Positions 15,352 to 26,219 of a stretch of 38,861 nucleotides of DNA are shown in pieces. Below the pieces are notes generated by a model. The model was given only the letters and a program-made list of their open reading frames with translations, ran no database searches and was not told the DNA's origin. The DNA comes from Pseudomonadota bacterium (GTDB lineage Bacteria > Pseudomonadota > Alphaproteobacteria > Acetobacterales > Acetobacteraceae). Every line of letters begins with the position of its first letter. Position 1 is the first letter of the stretch. The DNA is taken from the NCBI GenBank assembly GCA_021784255.1, contig JAJXSZ010000001.1:1-38861 (forward strand). The letters are read 5' to 3'. The position numbers and the translations under genes were made by a program.

Positions 15352-16317
15352 TCAGGGGTCTGCGGCCGACAGCCCCGGCGGGTCAAGGGCGGGGCCCTGC
15401 CACAGCAATTTTCTTGCCTCGCCGGCATCGCGCGCGATCTGCGCCCGGAGGGCGTCAAGGCTCGGGAACTTCCGCTCCTCGCGCAGGAAGGCCAGCAGCG
15501 AAACGCCGACCTCCTGGCCATAGAGATCTTCGGCAAAATCGAACAGATGCGCCTCGACCCGGCTTTTCGGCGCTTCGCCCAGCGTCGGCCGGCGGCCGAT
15601 ATTCGCCACCCCCGGCAGCGCGCGTCCGTCCGCGAGCCGGACCCGGACCGCATAGACCCCCCGCGCCGGCTCCAGATGCCGCCCGAGCGGCACGTTCGCG
15701 GTCGGGAACCCGATGGTCCGGCCCCGCGCGTCCCCATGCTCGACCGGACCGCGGATGGTCCAGGGCCGGCCGAGCAGGGCGGCCGCGCGCTCCGGATACC
15801 CGTCCTGCAGCAGGCGGCGGATGCGCGAGGAGGAAACCGGCCCCTCCGCATCGGTCAGTGCCGGGACCAGGGTGAGGCCGATGCCCAGCGCCTCCGCGCG
15901 CTCGGCAAGGAAGGCGGTGTTGCCGCCGCGGCGATGGCCGAAGGCGAAGTCGGCGCCGCAGGCCAGGTGGCGCGCGCCAAGGCCCCGATGCAGTACCTCC
16001 ACCACGAATTCCTCCGCCGTCATGGCGCTGAACGCGCGGTCGAACGGCAGCTCGAACAGCAGGGCGGTGCCGAGCTGGCGCAGCGCCGCCGCCCGCTCCA
16101 CCGACAGCGTCAGGCGGAACGGCGGATCGTCGGGGCGGAACAGCTCGCGCGGATGCGGCTCGAAGGTGAGCACGGCGCGGGGCGCGTCCGGCCGCGCCGC
16201 ATGGGTGGCAGCGAGCACCTGGGCATGGCCGCGATGCACGCCGTCGAAGTTTCCGAGCGCCACCGAGGCGCCGCGCGCCGCGGCCGGCAGATCCCGCCAG
16301 GTCGAGAAAATTCGCAA
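15352..16317 (-). CDS. ribF: bifunctional riboflavin kinase / FAD synthetase
   Basis: LGNFDGVHRGHAQVL (FMN adenylyltransferase) and the C-terminal riboflavin kinase motifs GFPTANV and RVEAHLFDF. Confidence 0.92.
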   Translation of the reverse strand: MRIFSTWRDLPAAARGASVALGNFDGVHRGHAQVLAATHAARPDAPRAVLTFEPHPRELFRPDDPPFRLTLSVERAAALRQLGTALLFELPFDRAFSAMTAEEFVVEVLHRGLGARHLACGADFAFGHRRGGNTAFLAERAEALGIGLTLVPALTDAEGPVSSSRIRRLLQDGYPERAAALLGRPWTIRGPVEHGDARGRTIGFPTANVPLGRHLEPARGVYAVRVRLADGRALPGVANIGRRPTLGEAPKSRVEAHLFDFAEDLYGQEVGVSLLAFLREERKFPSLDALRAQIARDAGEARKLLWQGPALDPPGLSAADP

Positions 16318-16332
16318 GGCGAGGAGCGCGGC

Positions 16333-16746
16333 CTAGGACCGCAGCGGCGGCATCACCATCGCCTCGCCCTCGATCACCACCTTGCCGGCGACAACGCATT
16401 CGGTCTTGATCGTTGCGCGCTTCCTGGCCGTATCCACCGACGTGACCTCGACGCGCGCCGTCACCGTGTCGCCGATCCTGACCGGGGCGCGGAACCGCAG
16501 CGTCTGGCCGAGATAGACCGTCCCCGGTCCCGGCAGCCTGGTGCCCAGCACCGCCGAGATCAGACCCGCGGAAAGCATGCCATGGGCGATGCGCTGGCCG
16601 AACTGCGACCGGGCCGCCGCCTCGGCGTCCATATGCACGGGGTTGGTGTCCATGCTGACGGCGGCGAACATGAGGATGTCCGCCTCGGTGATGGTCTTGG
16701 CAATTTCGGCCGTCATCCCGGGCTCGATTTCGTCGAGATACGTCAT
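16333..16746 (-). CDS. MaoC-like (R)-specific enoyl-CoA hydratase / hot-dog fold dehydratase
   Basis: The C-terminal 137 aa of ORF 16333..18972 read FAAVSMDTNPVHMDAEAA, RIAHGML and GDTVTARVEV. ATG 16746 overlaps the upstream stop (ATGA). Confidence 0.8.
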   Translation of the reverse strand: MTYLDEIEPGMTAEIAKTITEADILMFAAVSMDTNPVHMDAEAAARSQFGQRIAHGMLSAGLISAVLGTRLPGPGTVYLGQTLRFRAPVRIGDTVTARVEVTSVDTARKRATIKTECVVAGKVVIEGEAMVMPPLRS

Positions 16747-17648
16747 GCGCTGGTTCCGTCCTGTCGCGGTGGCGGCGCGTTGTGGGCCAGGAGCGGCTGG
16801 CCGTCCAGCCGCCTCGCGTAGAGGTGGCGGGCGTGGCCGCGCGGGTGGTCCGGCACCGTGCCGAAGCGGGTGTAGCCGAGCCTCTCGTAGAAGCCGGGCG
16901 CCTGGAAGCTGCAGGTATCGAGATAGACGCCGACGCAGCCGCGACCGGCCGCGCGCCGCTCCGCCTCGCGCAGCAGGCGGGTGCCCAGGCCATCGCCACG
17001 CGCCGGCTCGGGCAGCCCCAGAAGTTCGACAAAGAGCCAACGATGCCGGATCCGGCCCCACAGCCCGCCGCCGCCCGGCGCCAGCAGGCCCAGGGACTGG
17101 CGAGGGTTCGGGCCGATGGCGGCGTCCGTGGTCCGGCGCAGCGCCGCCGCCAGCGCCCTGCGTTCCGCCGGATCGACCGCCTCGCGCAGGGTGAAGCCGG
17201 GCGGCGGCGCGGCGGGCCCCGCGCCACCCGGACGGGTGCGATGCAGGAAATAATGGTCGGTGTGACCCACCGGGTGGTCGGGCAGGGCCGCGAATTCCTC
17301 GAACCCCAGCCGGCGGTAGAAGCCAGGCGCCTGGAACGAAAACGTGTGCAGCCAGACCCCCGCCAGGCGATGCCGCGCCGCCACCGCCCGGCAGGCCGCC
17401 ATGATCCCTCGGCCGGCCCCGCTCCGCCGCCATGACGGCGGCAGGTACAGCAGATCGACGTGCAGCCAGTCCCAGTAGGTGACGCCGATCAACCCGCCGA
17501 CGAGGTCCCCCTCGCGGCGCAGGATGGAGATCCAGCGCGCCGGCTCGGACGAACCGCGCCCGGTCATCGCCTCGTTGTAGGCCTCGAGCGGCGCCAGCAC
17601 CCGCTCGCGCGCCGCGTCGTCCTCGGTCTCGACCAGCTCGAACGCCAT
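16743..17648 (-). CDS. tandem double-GNAT N-acetyltransferase (two fused paralogous domains)
   Basis: The start is taken at MAFELVETED (ATG 17648). The two halves share W.LHVDLLYLP...GAGRGIM...GVWLHTFSFQAPGFYRRLGFEEF..PDHPVGH and WLFVELLGLP...GLGTRLL...GVYLDTCSFQAPGFYERLGYTRF..PDHPRGH. Confidence 0.75.
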   Translation of the reverse strand: MAFELVETEDDAARERVLAPLEAYNEAMTGRGSSEPARWISILRREGDLVGGLIGVTYWDWLHVDLLYLPPSWRRSGAGRGIMAACRAVAARHRLAGVWLHTFSFQAPGFYRRLGFEEFAALPDHPVGHTDHYFLHRTRPGGAGPAAPPPGFTLREAVDPAERRALAAALRRTTDAAIGPNPRQSLGLLAPGGGGLWGRIRHRWLFVELLGLPEPARGDGLGTRLLREAERRAAGRGCVGVYLDTCSFQAPGFYERLGYTRFGTVPDHPRGHARHLYARRLDGQPLLAHNAPPPRQDGTSA

Positions 17649-17769
17649 AGGCCAGCGTCGCCGCCCTTGCGGCGTTGCGCAACCGCGCCCCTGTCGCGAT
17701 GGGTCGCGCGCGGGTAACATGACCGGCGACACCGCCACCAAGCCCAACCGCCACCCTGGGGGAACCGCC

Positions 17770-18507
17770 ATGGATGCTGCCGACCTGCTGCTCGCCGCCC
17801 GCCGCGATCCGGCGAAACGCCTCGCCGACCTGCCGGACCCGGTGCGCCCGACGGAACTGGCGGGTGCCTATGCGATCCAGCACCGGGTGATGAGCGCGCT
17901 GGGTCCGATCGGCGGTTGGAAGGTGGGCGCACTGGCGCCGGAAGCGTCGCCGATCTGCGGCGCGCTGCCCGTCTCGGGCATCCTGCCGAGCCCGGCGAAG
18001 CTCGCCGCCGCCACGCACCGGATGCGCGGCATCGAGGCGGAGGTCGCGTTCCGCATCGGCTACGACCTGCCGCCGCGCAGCACGCCATACGCGCGCGAGG
18101 AAGTGATGGCCGCGATGGCCACCGCTCATCCGGCGATCGAAACGCTGGAATCCCGCTACCTCGACATGGACAAGGTGGCGATGCCCTCCAACATCGCCGA
18201 CAGCCAGGGCCATGGCGGCTTCATCCACGGGCCCGGCCGGGCCGACTGGCAGACGATCGACTTCACCAGGGAGACGGTCGAGCAGGCGATCGACGGCGCG
18301 GCGATCCAGCGCACCGGCAACCCGGCGGGCGACATGGTGCGTCTGGTGGTCTGGCTCGCCAATGTCGGCAGCGTCTGGTCGGGCGGCCTCAAGGCCGGCC
18401 AGTTCGTGACCTGCGGCTCCTGGACCGGCAAGACCCTGGCCGGGCCGGCCGCGAAGGTTCGCGTGCGCTTCCCGAGCCTGGGCGAGGTCGCGCTCGACTA
18501 CACCTGA
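17770..18507 (+). CDS. 2-keto-4-pentenoate hydratase-like (FAH-fold) protein, paralog of 1180..1965
   Basis: ATG 17770 is preceded by GGGGGAA. Motifs: AYAIQHRVMSALGPIGGWKV, IEAEVAFRIG, HPAIETLESRY and GQFVTCGSWTG. Confidence 0.7.
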   Translation: MDAADLLLAARRDPAKRLADLPDPVRPTELAGAYAIQHRVMSALGPIGGWKVGALAPEASPICGALPVSGILPSPAKLAAATHRMRGIEAEVAFRIGYDLPPRSTPYAREEVMAAMATAHPAIETLESRYLDMDKVAMPSNIADSQGHGGFIHGPGRADWQTIDFTRETVEQAIDGAAIQRTGNPAGDMVRLVVWLANVGSVWSGGLKAGQFVTCGSWTGKTLAGPAAKVRVRFPSLGEVALDYT

Positions 18508-19589
18508 GCGACGCGGCGGGCGAGCTCGGCGAACACCGCCACCGCCCGCTCCAGCGCCGCCACGGCAATGGTCTCGCCGGGCTTGTGTGCCACCTCGATC
18601 GAACCGGGGCCGAGCAGGAAGCACGGCGCGATCGCCGATAGCTCCGATGCGTCGGTGCCGTAGGGCGCGGTGGTCGCGCGCGCGCCCGTGACCTGCTCGA
18701 CCAGCGCGACGAGCGGATGCCCGGCCGCCAGCTCCGGCGGCCGTCCCTCCCACGCCTCGTCCACACCGAGCCCGGCCGCCGCCGCGGCGGCACGCACGCG
18801 CTCGACCACGCGCATCGGCTCGACGCGGGCGGAATAGCGGAACTTGATGCGCACCGTGGCCACCGGCACCGTCACGTTCACCGCCGTTCCGTGGTTGTCG
18901 ATGACCAGGTTGAAGTCGCTGAACGGCGGATCGTAAGCGGCATCCTGGATCGTGGGATCGCTGCGCAGCCACTCGAAGATGTCGCGCATCTCGCCCAGGA
19001 ACGGCACCAGCACCCAGTTGGCGTTGCGCCCGCGCCCGGTGCTGCTGTGCGCCTGCTCGCCACGCGCGGTGATGGTGAAGTGCACGTTCGCGCGGTGGCC
19101 GCGCACCGGCACCATTCCGGTCGGCTCGGCGACCAGGATCGCGCGCGGCCGCACACGCCCGACGAGTTCGGAGCGCGCAACGATCGCCCGCGCGCCCTGC
19201 TTGGTCGTTTCCTCGTCGGTGGTGATCAGCAGGCTCGCCGGCACCTCCGGGGGCAGGGACGCCGCGGCGGCGATGCAGGCGGCGAGCGGGCCCTTCATGT
19301 CCGCCGCCCCGAGACCGTGCAGAACGCCCTCCTCAACGCGCGCCGACCATGGATCCTCGGTCCAGCCGGTGTCGGGCACCGTGTCCATGTGGCCGGAGAA
19401 GGCGAGGCCGCCGGGCGGGCCGCGGTGGGCAACCAGCGCCCGTTTCGCCACGCCGGCAGCGTCCGTGTAGTCCAGCCGCTCGATGTCGAAGCCCGCGAGC
19501 GCGGCTTCCAGACGTTCGGCAATGGGGAGGTTGGAGACCGAGCTGCGGGAATCGATGGCGACAAGGTCGCGGGCCAGGGCGAGAGGCAT
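18498..19589 (-). CDS. M20 family metallopeptidase (ArgE/DapE-type deacylase)
   Basis: FSGHMDTVP, GLGAADMKG and TTDEETT match the metal ligands and catalytic residues of acetylornithine deacetylase-like enzymes. Confidence 0.8.
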   Translation of the reverse strand: MPLALARDLVAIDSRSSVSNLPIAERLEAALAGFDIERLDYTDAAGVAKRALVAHRGPPGGLAFSGHMDTVPDTGWTEDPWSARVEEGVLHGLGAADMKGPLAACIAAAASLPPEVPASLLITTDEETTKQGARAIVARSELVGRVRPRAILVAEPTGMVPVRGHRANVHFTITARGEQAHSSTGRGRNANWVLVPFLGEMRDIFEWLRSDPTIQDAAYDPPFSDFNLVIDNHGTAVNVTVPVATVRIKFRYSARVEPMRVVERVRAAAAAAGLGVDEAWEGRPPELAAGHPLVALVEQVTGARATTAPYGTDASELSAIAPCFLLGPGSIEVAHKPGETIAVAALERAVAVFAELARRVAQV

Positions 19590-19708
19590 CGCAGGCGTAT
19601 GGAAGCGAATCGCCGCCAGGGCAAACGCCCGCCCAGAGCCATATCCGACCAGATCGAATCATCTGGCCGGATTTCTTGCTCCAGGGAACGCAGCATCGGC
19701 AGCAATCT

Positions 19709-19759
19709 CCGGTCTGCCTGAGCCGGTCTGTATGAGTCTGTCGGGCTCAGACAGACCGG
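19709..19759. repeat. three copies of a 14-bp motif (two direct, one inverted) in a divergent promoter region
   Basis: CCGGTCTGCCTGAG lies at 19709-22 and CCGGTCTGTATGAG at 19723-36, then a spacer TCTGTCGGG, then the inverted copy CTCAGACAGACCGG at 19746-59. Copy 2 and copy 3 can form a 14-bp stem with one mismatch. Confidence 0.85.
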
Positions 19760-19911
19760 AGCTTGCGCTCGCGGTGCCGAATCAGCGGCGGGCAGCAGAC
19801 CGCGGCACTCGGCGAATTGCGACGGCGACGCTGCGTGCGCCGGGCACCGGAAGCGACGCCGCGGCCACGCCCCCATTGACCCCGCCACACCGATCCGGCC
19901 AGCCTCGCGCC

Positions 19912-21033
19912 ATGCAACCGACCTATCTCGACCCACGCCGCGGCCGCACCTACCCGCTCGATCCGCCGCGCTGGTGCGGCGACGACGGTTCGCCGCTGTT
20001 CCTCACCGACCTGCCGGGAATCGCACCGGCCGATATCGACGCCAAGGCGCACGGGCTGTGGCGCTATCGCGCGGCATTGCCGATGCCGCAGGCGAAGCCG
20101 GTCACGCTCGGCGAAGGCTGGACGCCGCTGCTGGCGCGCCGCTTCGCCGGGATCGACGTGCAGGTGAAATGCGAATGGGTGATGCCCACCGGCAGCTTCA
20201 AGGATCGCGGCACCTGCGTCATGCTCACCGGGCTGCGCGCGCAGGGCGTCGCCCACGTGCTGGAGGACAGTTCCGGCAACGGCGGCGCGGCCGTCGCCGC
20301 GTATGCCGCGGCGGGGGGGATGGCGGCGACCATCATGGCTCCGGATTCCACCAGCCCCGCCAAGACGCTGGCGATGCGCGCGGCGGGGGCGGCCGTGGAG
20401 CTGATCCCGGGCAACCGCCAGTCGACCGCCGACGCCGCCGTCGCGCGCTCGCGCACCATCTTCTACGCCAGCCACAATTGGCACCCGTTCTTCCTGCACG
20501 GGACCAAGACGCTGGCCTATGAGCTGTGGGAGCAACTGGGTTTCAGGCAGCCGGACAATATCGTCATTCCCTGCGGCGCCGGCTCCAACGTGCTCGGCTG
20601 CGCCATCGGTTTCGGCGAGCTGCTGCGCGCCGGGCAGATCGCGCGGCTGCCGCGCCTGTTCGCCGCCCAGCCGCGCCACTGCGCGCCGGTCGCCGCCGAG
20701 GCCGCGGGCGAACCGCCGCCGCCGATCCGCCAGACCATCGCCGAAGGCACCGCCATCGCGCAGCCGGTGCGGCTGCACGAGGTGGTCGCGGCTCTGCGCG
20801 AAAGCGGCGGCGGCGGCGTGATGGTGGACGAGGAAGCCATCGCCGCGGCAACGCTCGCCCTGGCGCAGGCCGGCCTTTACGTGGAACCGACCTCGGCGCA
20901 GGCGCTGCCGGCGCTGCAGACGCTGCTCGCCGAGGGCCGCATCCGGCGCGGCGAGACGACGGTGATGGTGCTCACCGGCAGCGGCCTCAAGGCGGGGCCG
21001 CGCATCGAGGAAATCCTCGGGCGGTTCCGATGA
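19912..21033 (+). CDS. threonine synthase-like fold-type II PLP enzyme
   Basis: The start is taken at MQPTYLD (ATG 19912). Motifs: PLP lysine PTGSFKDRG, SSGNGGAAVAAYAA, CGAGSN and VLTGSGLKA. At 373 aa it is the short (class II-like) form. Confidence 0.75.
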   Translation: MQPTYLDPRRGRTYPLDPPRWCGDDGSPLFLTDLPGIAPADIDAKAHGLWRYRAALPMPQAKPVTLGEGWTPLLARRFAGIDVQVKCEWVMPTGSFKDRGTCVMLTGLRAQGVAHVLEDSSGNGGAAVAAYAAAGGMAATIMAPDSTSPAKTLAMRAAGAAVELIPGNRQSTADAAVARSRTIFYASHNWHPFFLHGTKTLAYELWEQLGFRQPDNIVIPCGAGSNVLGCAIGFGELLRAGQIARLPRLFAAQPRHCAPVAAEAAGEPPPPIRQTIAEGTAIAQPVRLHEVVAALRESGGGGVMVDEEAIAAATLALAQAGLYVEPTSAQALPALQTLLAEGRIRRGETTVMVLTGSGLKAGPRIEEILGRFR

Positions 21034-22130
21034 AGCTCGACGACCTGCCGACCCCCTGCCTGGTGCTGGACCGCAGGCGCCTGGCGCGCAACCTCGAGCG
21101 CATGGCCAGCGCCGTCGCCATGCTCGGGGTGGCCCTGCGGCCGCACATGAAGACTGCGAAATCGGCCGATGTCGCCCGGCTCGCACTACCGGATGGCGGC
21201 GGCGTTACCGTCTCCACTGTTGCCGAAGCGGAATATTTCCTGGCGCACGGCTTCGGCGACATCATCCTGGGCGCGGCCATCACGCCGCAGAAGCTCGATC
21301 AGGTCGCGCGCCTCAACGCTGCCGGCGGGCAGATCAAGGTGGTGACCGACGATACCGACATGGCCGCCGCGATCGCGCGCCACCCTGGCCGTGTTGACGC
21401 ATTGATCGAGCTCGACTGCGGCGAGGGGCGCAGCGGCATCGGCGCGGACGACGCGGCGCTCGAGGCGATCGCCAACCAGCTCGGCGATCGCCTCGCCGGC
21501 GTCTTCGCCCATGCGGGGCACAGCTACGCCGCGCGCGACCGCGCCGCGCTCACCGCCATCGCAATGCGCGAACGCCACGATGCGGCAGGCGCGGCACGCC
21601 GCCTGCGCGATGCGGGGCACGATTGTCCGATCGTCTCCATCGGCTCCTCGCCCACCGCGCTGATCCCCGGCGACGCCGGGGGCATTACGGAAATCCGGCC
21701 TGGCGTCTACATGTTCGGCGACCTGTTCCAGGCCGAGATCGGCACGCACGGGCGCGAGGACATCGCCGTGACGGTGCTGGCCAGCGTCATCGGCCGCCGG
21801 CCGGCCGAGCGCCGATTGCTCGTCGATGCCGGTTCGCTCGCGCTTTCCCGCGACCGCAGCACCGAGACGACGGCGCATGATTGCGGCTTCGGACTGGTCC
21901 TCGATGCGGGCGGCGAGCCCAGCCTCGGCGAAAGCCGCGTCGTCCGGGTCTGGCAGGAGCACGGGCTCGTGCAACTGGCGCACGGCAGCGTCGAGGGCTT
22001 CGCCATCGGCGGTCGCCTGCGCATCGCGCCCAACCACACCTGCCTCACCTCGGCGGCGCATGACCGCTACTACGTCGTCGATGGCGGCGATGAGGTCGTC
22101 GCGGTCTGGCCCAGGATCAATGGCTGGTAG
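21030..22130 (+). CDS. D-threonine aldolase / D-serine dehydratase (DSD1)-like fold-type III PLP enzyme
   Basis: ATG 21030 overlaps the upstream stop (ATGA). Motifs: LDDLPTPCLVLD, RPHMKTAK (PLP lysine), HAGHSY, PGVYMFGD and PNHTC. Confidence 0.75.
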   Translation: MKLDDLPTPCLVLDRRRLARNLERMASAVAMLGVALRPHMKTAKSADVARLALPDGGGVTVSTVAEAEYFLAHGFGDIILGAAITPQKLDQVARLNAAGGQIKVVTDDTDMAAAIARHPGRVDALIELDCGEGRSGIGADDAALEAIANQLGDRLAGVFAHAGHSYAARDRAALTAIAMRERHDAAGAARRLRDAGHDCPIVSIGSSPTALIPGDAGGITEIRPGVYMFGDLFQAEIGTHGREDIAVTVLASVIGRRPAERRLLVDAGSLALSRDRSTETTAHDCGFGLVLDAGGEPSLGESRVVRVWQEHGLVQLAHGSVEGFAIGGRLRIAPNHTCLTSAAHDRYYVVDGGDEVVAVWPRINGW

Positions 22131-22145
22131 GCCGCCGGCGCGCCG

Positions 22146-23339
22146 CTATTCCGCCGGGACGGCCATGGCGCGCGGCACCGCACCACGGGCGAGGGCGGCG
22201 CAGACCAGGCTCACCATCAGCAAGACCGCGACCAGCGCGAAGACCAGCTCCGGATGGCCCTGATCGATGAGGAAGCCGAACGGTACCGGCGTCAGCGCCG
22301 AGCCGAGCGGCAGGCCCGAGGAGACGAAACCGAAGACCTTGCCCACCTCGCCGGGCGGGGACGCTTCGCGCACCATCATGTCGCGCGGCGTGCGGCTGCA
22401 ACCGGCGGCAAGCCCGGCGGCGAACATCACAGCGGCGACCAGGATATCGGGCAGCGGCAGATAGCCGCCGACGAGCGTGAACAACGCCGAGAGCGTGACC
22501 ACGACCACGGTGAAGGCGAGGTGGCGCGGGGTGCGATCGACCACCGAGCCGCCGACCAGCACGCCAAGCGTCGCGCCGATCATGTACAGGGTGAGCACGG
22601 TGGAAGCCGCGGTGATGCCGATGCCGTGCACCTGGTGCAGCACCGTGATGAGCCAGGATTGCAGCCCGGCGCCCGCCATGGACCCGGTGATGAAGAAGCC
22701 GAGGAACAGCAGCATCGGCCGGGTGAGCAGAAGCTTGTGCCCGGCGACGGCGGGGCCGCGCTCGCGCACGGGTTGGCCCGCGTCCGTCAGGATGCGGCTC
22801 TGCAACAGCACGGCCAGGACCAGCGGCAGGCCAGCCAGGCCCACGAGGCTCACGCCCCAGCGCCAGCCGATCAGCCAGATCAGCCCCGCCATCACCGGCG
22901 GTGCGACCGAAAACCCCACATTGCCCGCGAAGGTATGCAGCGCGAAGGCGCGGCCGGTGCGCTCGCGGCTGATCGAGCCGGAGAGGATCGCATAGTCCGC
23001 GGGATGCACCACGGAATTGCCGATCCCCGAGAGGGCGGCCAGCGCCAGCAACTGCCAATAACTGCCGGCGAGCCCCATCAGCGCGATCGCGGCCGCCATC
23101 AGCCCGACGCCGCCGACGAGATATGGCCGCGCGCCGTGCCGGTCGACGAGGAAGCCCACGGGTGTCTGCAACAGGGCGGTCACCGCCGACATCGTCGCGG
23201 CGATCAGGCCCAGTTGCGCGAACGAGACGTGAAACGCGGGCTGCCAGGCCAGGAACAGCGGCGGCAGGCAGAGCACGTAGAAATGCGACAGGAAATGCCC
23301 GATCCCGATCAGCGTGCTGACACGTGCGTCGCGGCTCAT
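22146..23339 (-). CDS. MFS transporter
   Basis: About 12 predicted hydrophobic helices, and the MFS loop motif GFLVDRHGARP. The start is either ATG 23339 or TTG 23384. Confidence 0.8.
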   Translation of the reverse strand: MSRDARVSTLIGIGHFLSHFYVLCLPPLFLAWQPAFHVSFAQLGLIAATMSAVTALLQTPVGFLVDRHGARPYLVGGVGLMAAAIALMGLAGSYWQLLALAALSGIGNSVVHPADYAILSGSISRERTGRAFALHTFAGNVGFSVAPPVMAGLIWLIGWRWGVSLVGLAGLPLVLAVLLQSRILTDAGQPVRERGPAVAGHKLLLTRPMLLFLGFFITGSMAGAGLQSWLITVLHQVHGIGITAASTVLTLYMIGATLGVLVGGSVVDRTPRHLAFTVVVVTLSALFTLVGGYLPLPDILVAAVMFAAGLAAGCSRTPRDMMVREASPPGEVGKVFGFVSSGLPLGSALTPVPFGFLIDQGHPELVFALVAVLLMVSLVCAALARGAVPRAMAVPAE

Positions 23340-23404
23340 GGGCGGACTCTGCGCGAGGCGCGCGAGCGGGTCAAACAGTGGCAACCACGCAACGAGGAGC
23401 GAGC

Positions 23405-24037
23405 ATGACGAGCGACCCTCTCTGGCTGAACTGGGCTCGCGAGATCCAGGCGCTGGCGCAGAGTGGCCTCGCCTTCGAACCGAACGGCTACGACCGCGAA
23501 CGCTATGAGCGGTTGCGCGAGCTCGCGGCGGCGATGATGGCGCACCACACCGGGGCGAGCCTGCCGCGGATCGAGACGTTGTTCGCGGGCCAGCAGGGCT
23601 ACGCGACGCCGAAAGTGGATGTGCGAGGCGCCGCCTTCGACGCGGCGGGGCGCATCCTCATGGTGCGGGAGGTCGCCGATGGCGGCCGCTGGACCCTGCC
23701 GGGCGGCTGGGCGGACGTGAACCTGACCCCCGCGGAAAATGTGATCAAGGAGATGCGCGAGGAAAGCGGCTACGAGGTGCGGGTGCGCAAGCTCGCCGCT
23801 GCCTGGGACCGCACGCGCCAGGGCCATGCCCCCGGCGTCTTTTCCTGCGTCAAGCTGTTCTTCATCTGCGAGGTGGTGGGTGGGGAGGCGCGCACGAGCA
23901 GCGAAACGTCGGAAATCGGCTGGTTCGGCGAGGCGGCACTGCCCGCGGACCTGTCGCTCGGCCGGGTCCTGCCAACCCAGCTTCACCGCATGTTCGCCCA
24001 CGCCCGCGATGCATGCCTCGCCGCGGAATTCGACTGA
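23405..24037 (+). CDS. NUDIX hydrolase with NUDIX N-terminal helper domain
   Basis: The N-terminal domain reads WLNWAREIQALAQSGLAF..NGYDRERYERL. The Nudix box is GGWADVNLTPAENVIKEMREESG. Confidence 0.8.
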   Translation: MTSDPLWLNWAREIQALAQSGLAFEPNGYDRERYERLRELAAAMMAHHTGASLPRIETLFAGQQGYATPKVDVRGAAFDAAGRILMVREVADGGRWTLPGGWADVNLTPAENVIKEMREESGYEVRVRKLAAAWDRTRQGHAPGVFSCVKLFFICEVVGGEARTSSETSEIGWFGEAALPADLSLGRVLPTQLHRMFAHARDACLAAEFD

Positions 24038-24039
24038 GC

Positions 24040-26214
<2,175 letters not shown>

Positions 26215-26219
26215 CGTGC

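Noticed and set aside
16747-18972. The N-terminal about 740 aa of the 879-aa minus ORF 16333..18972. The N-terminal extensions of ORFs 7370..9949, 28914..30734, 31361..32890 and 478..1965 are similar cases.
   Set aside because: Only the C-terminal segments match protein families (MaoC, MutL, HAD, WaaA, hydratase). The upstream parts overlap other well-supported genes and are low-complexity. Internal starts with overlapping stop/start codons or Shine-Dalgarno sequences fit better.
19912-21033. Calling this gene the housekeeping threonine synthase thrC.
   Set aside because: The fold and the PLP-lysine motif fit. However, the short length, the SSGNGG variant motif and the operon with a D-Thr-aldolase-like gene leave the physiological role open. 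It is reported as ThrC-like only.
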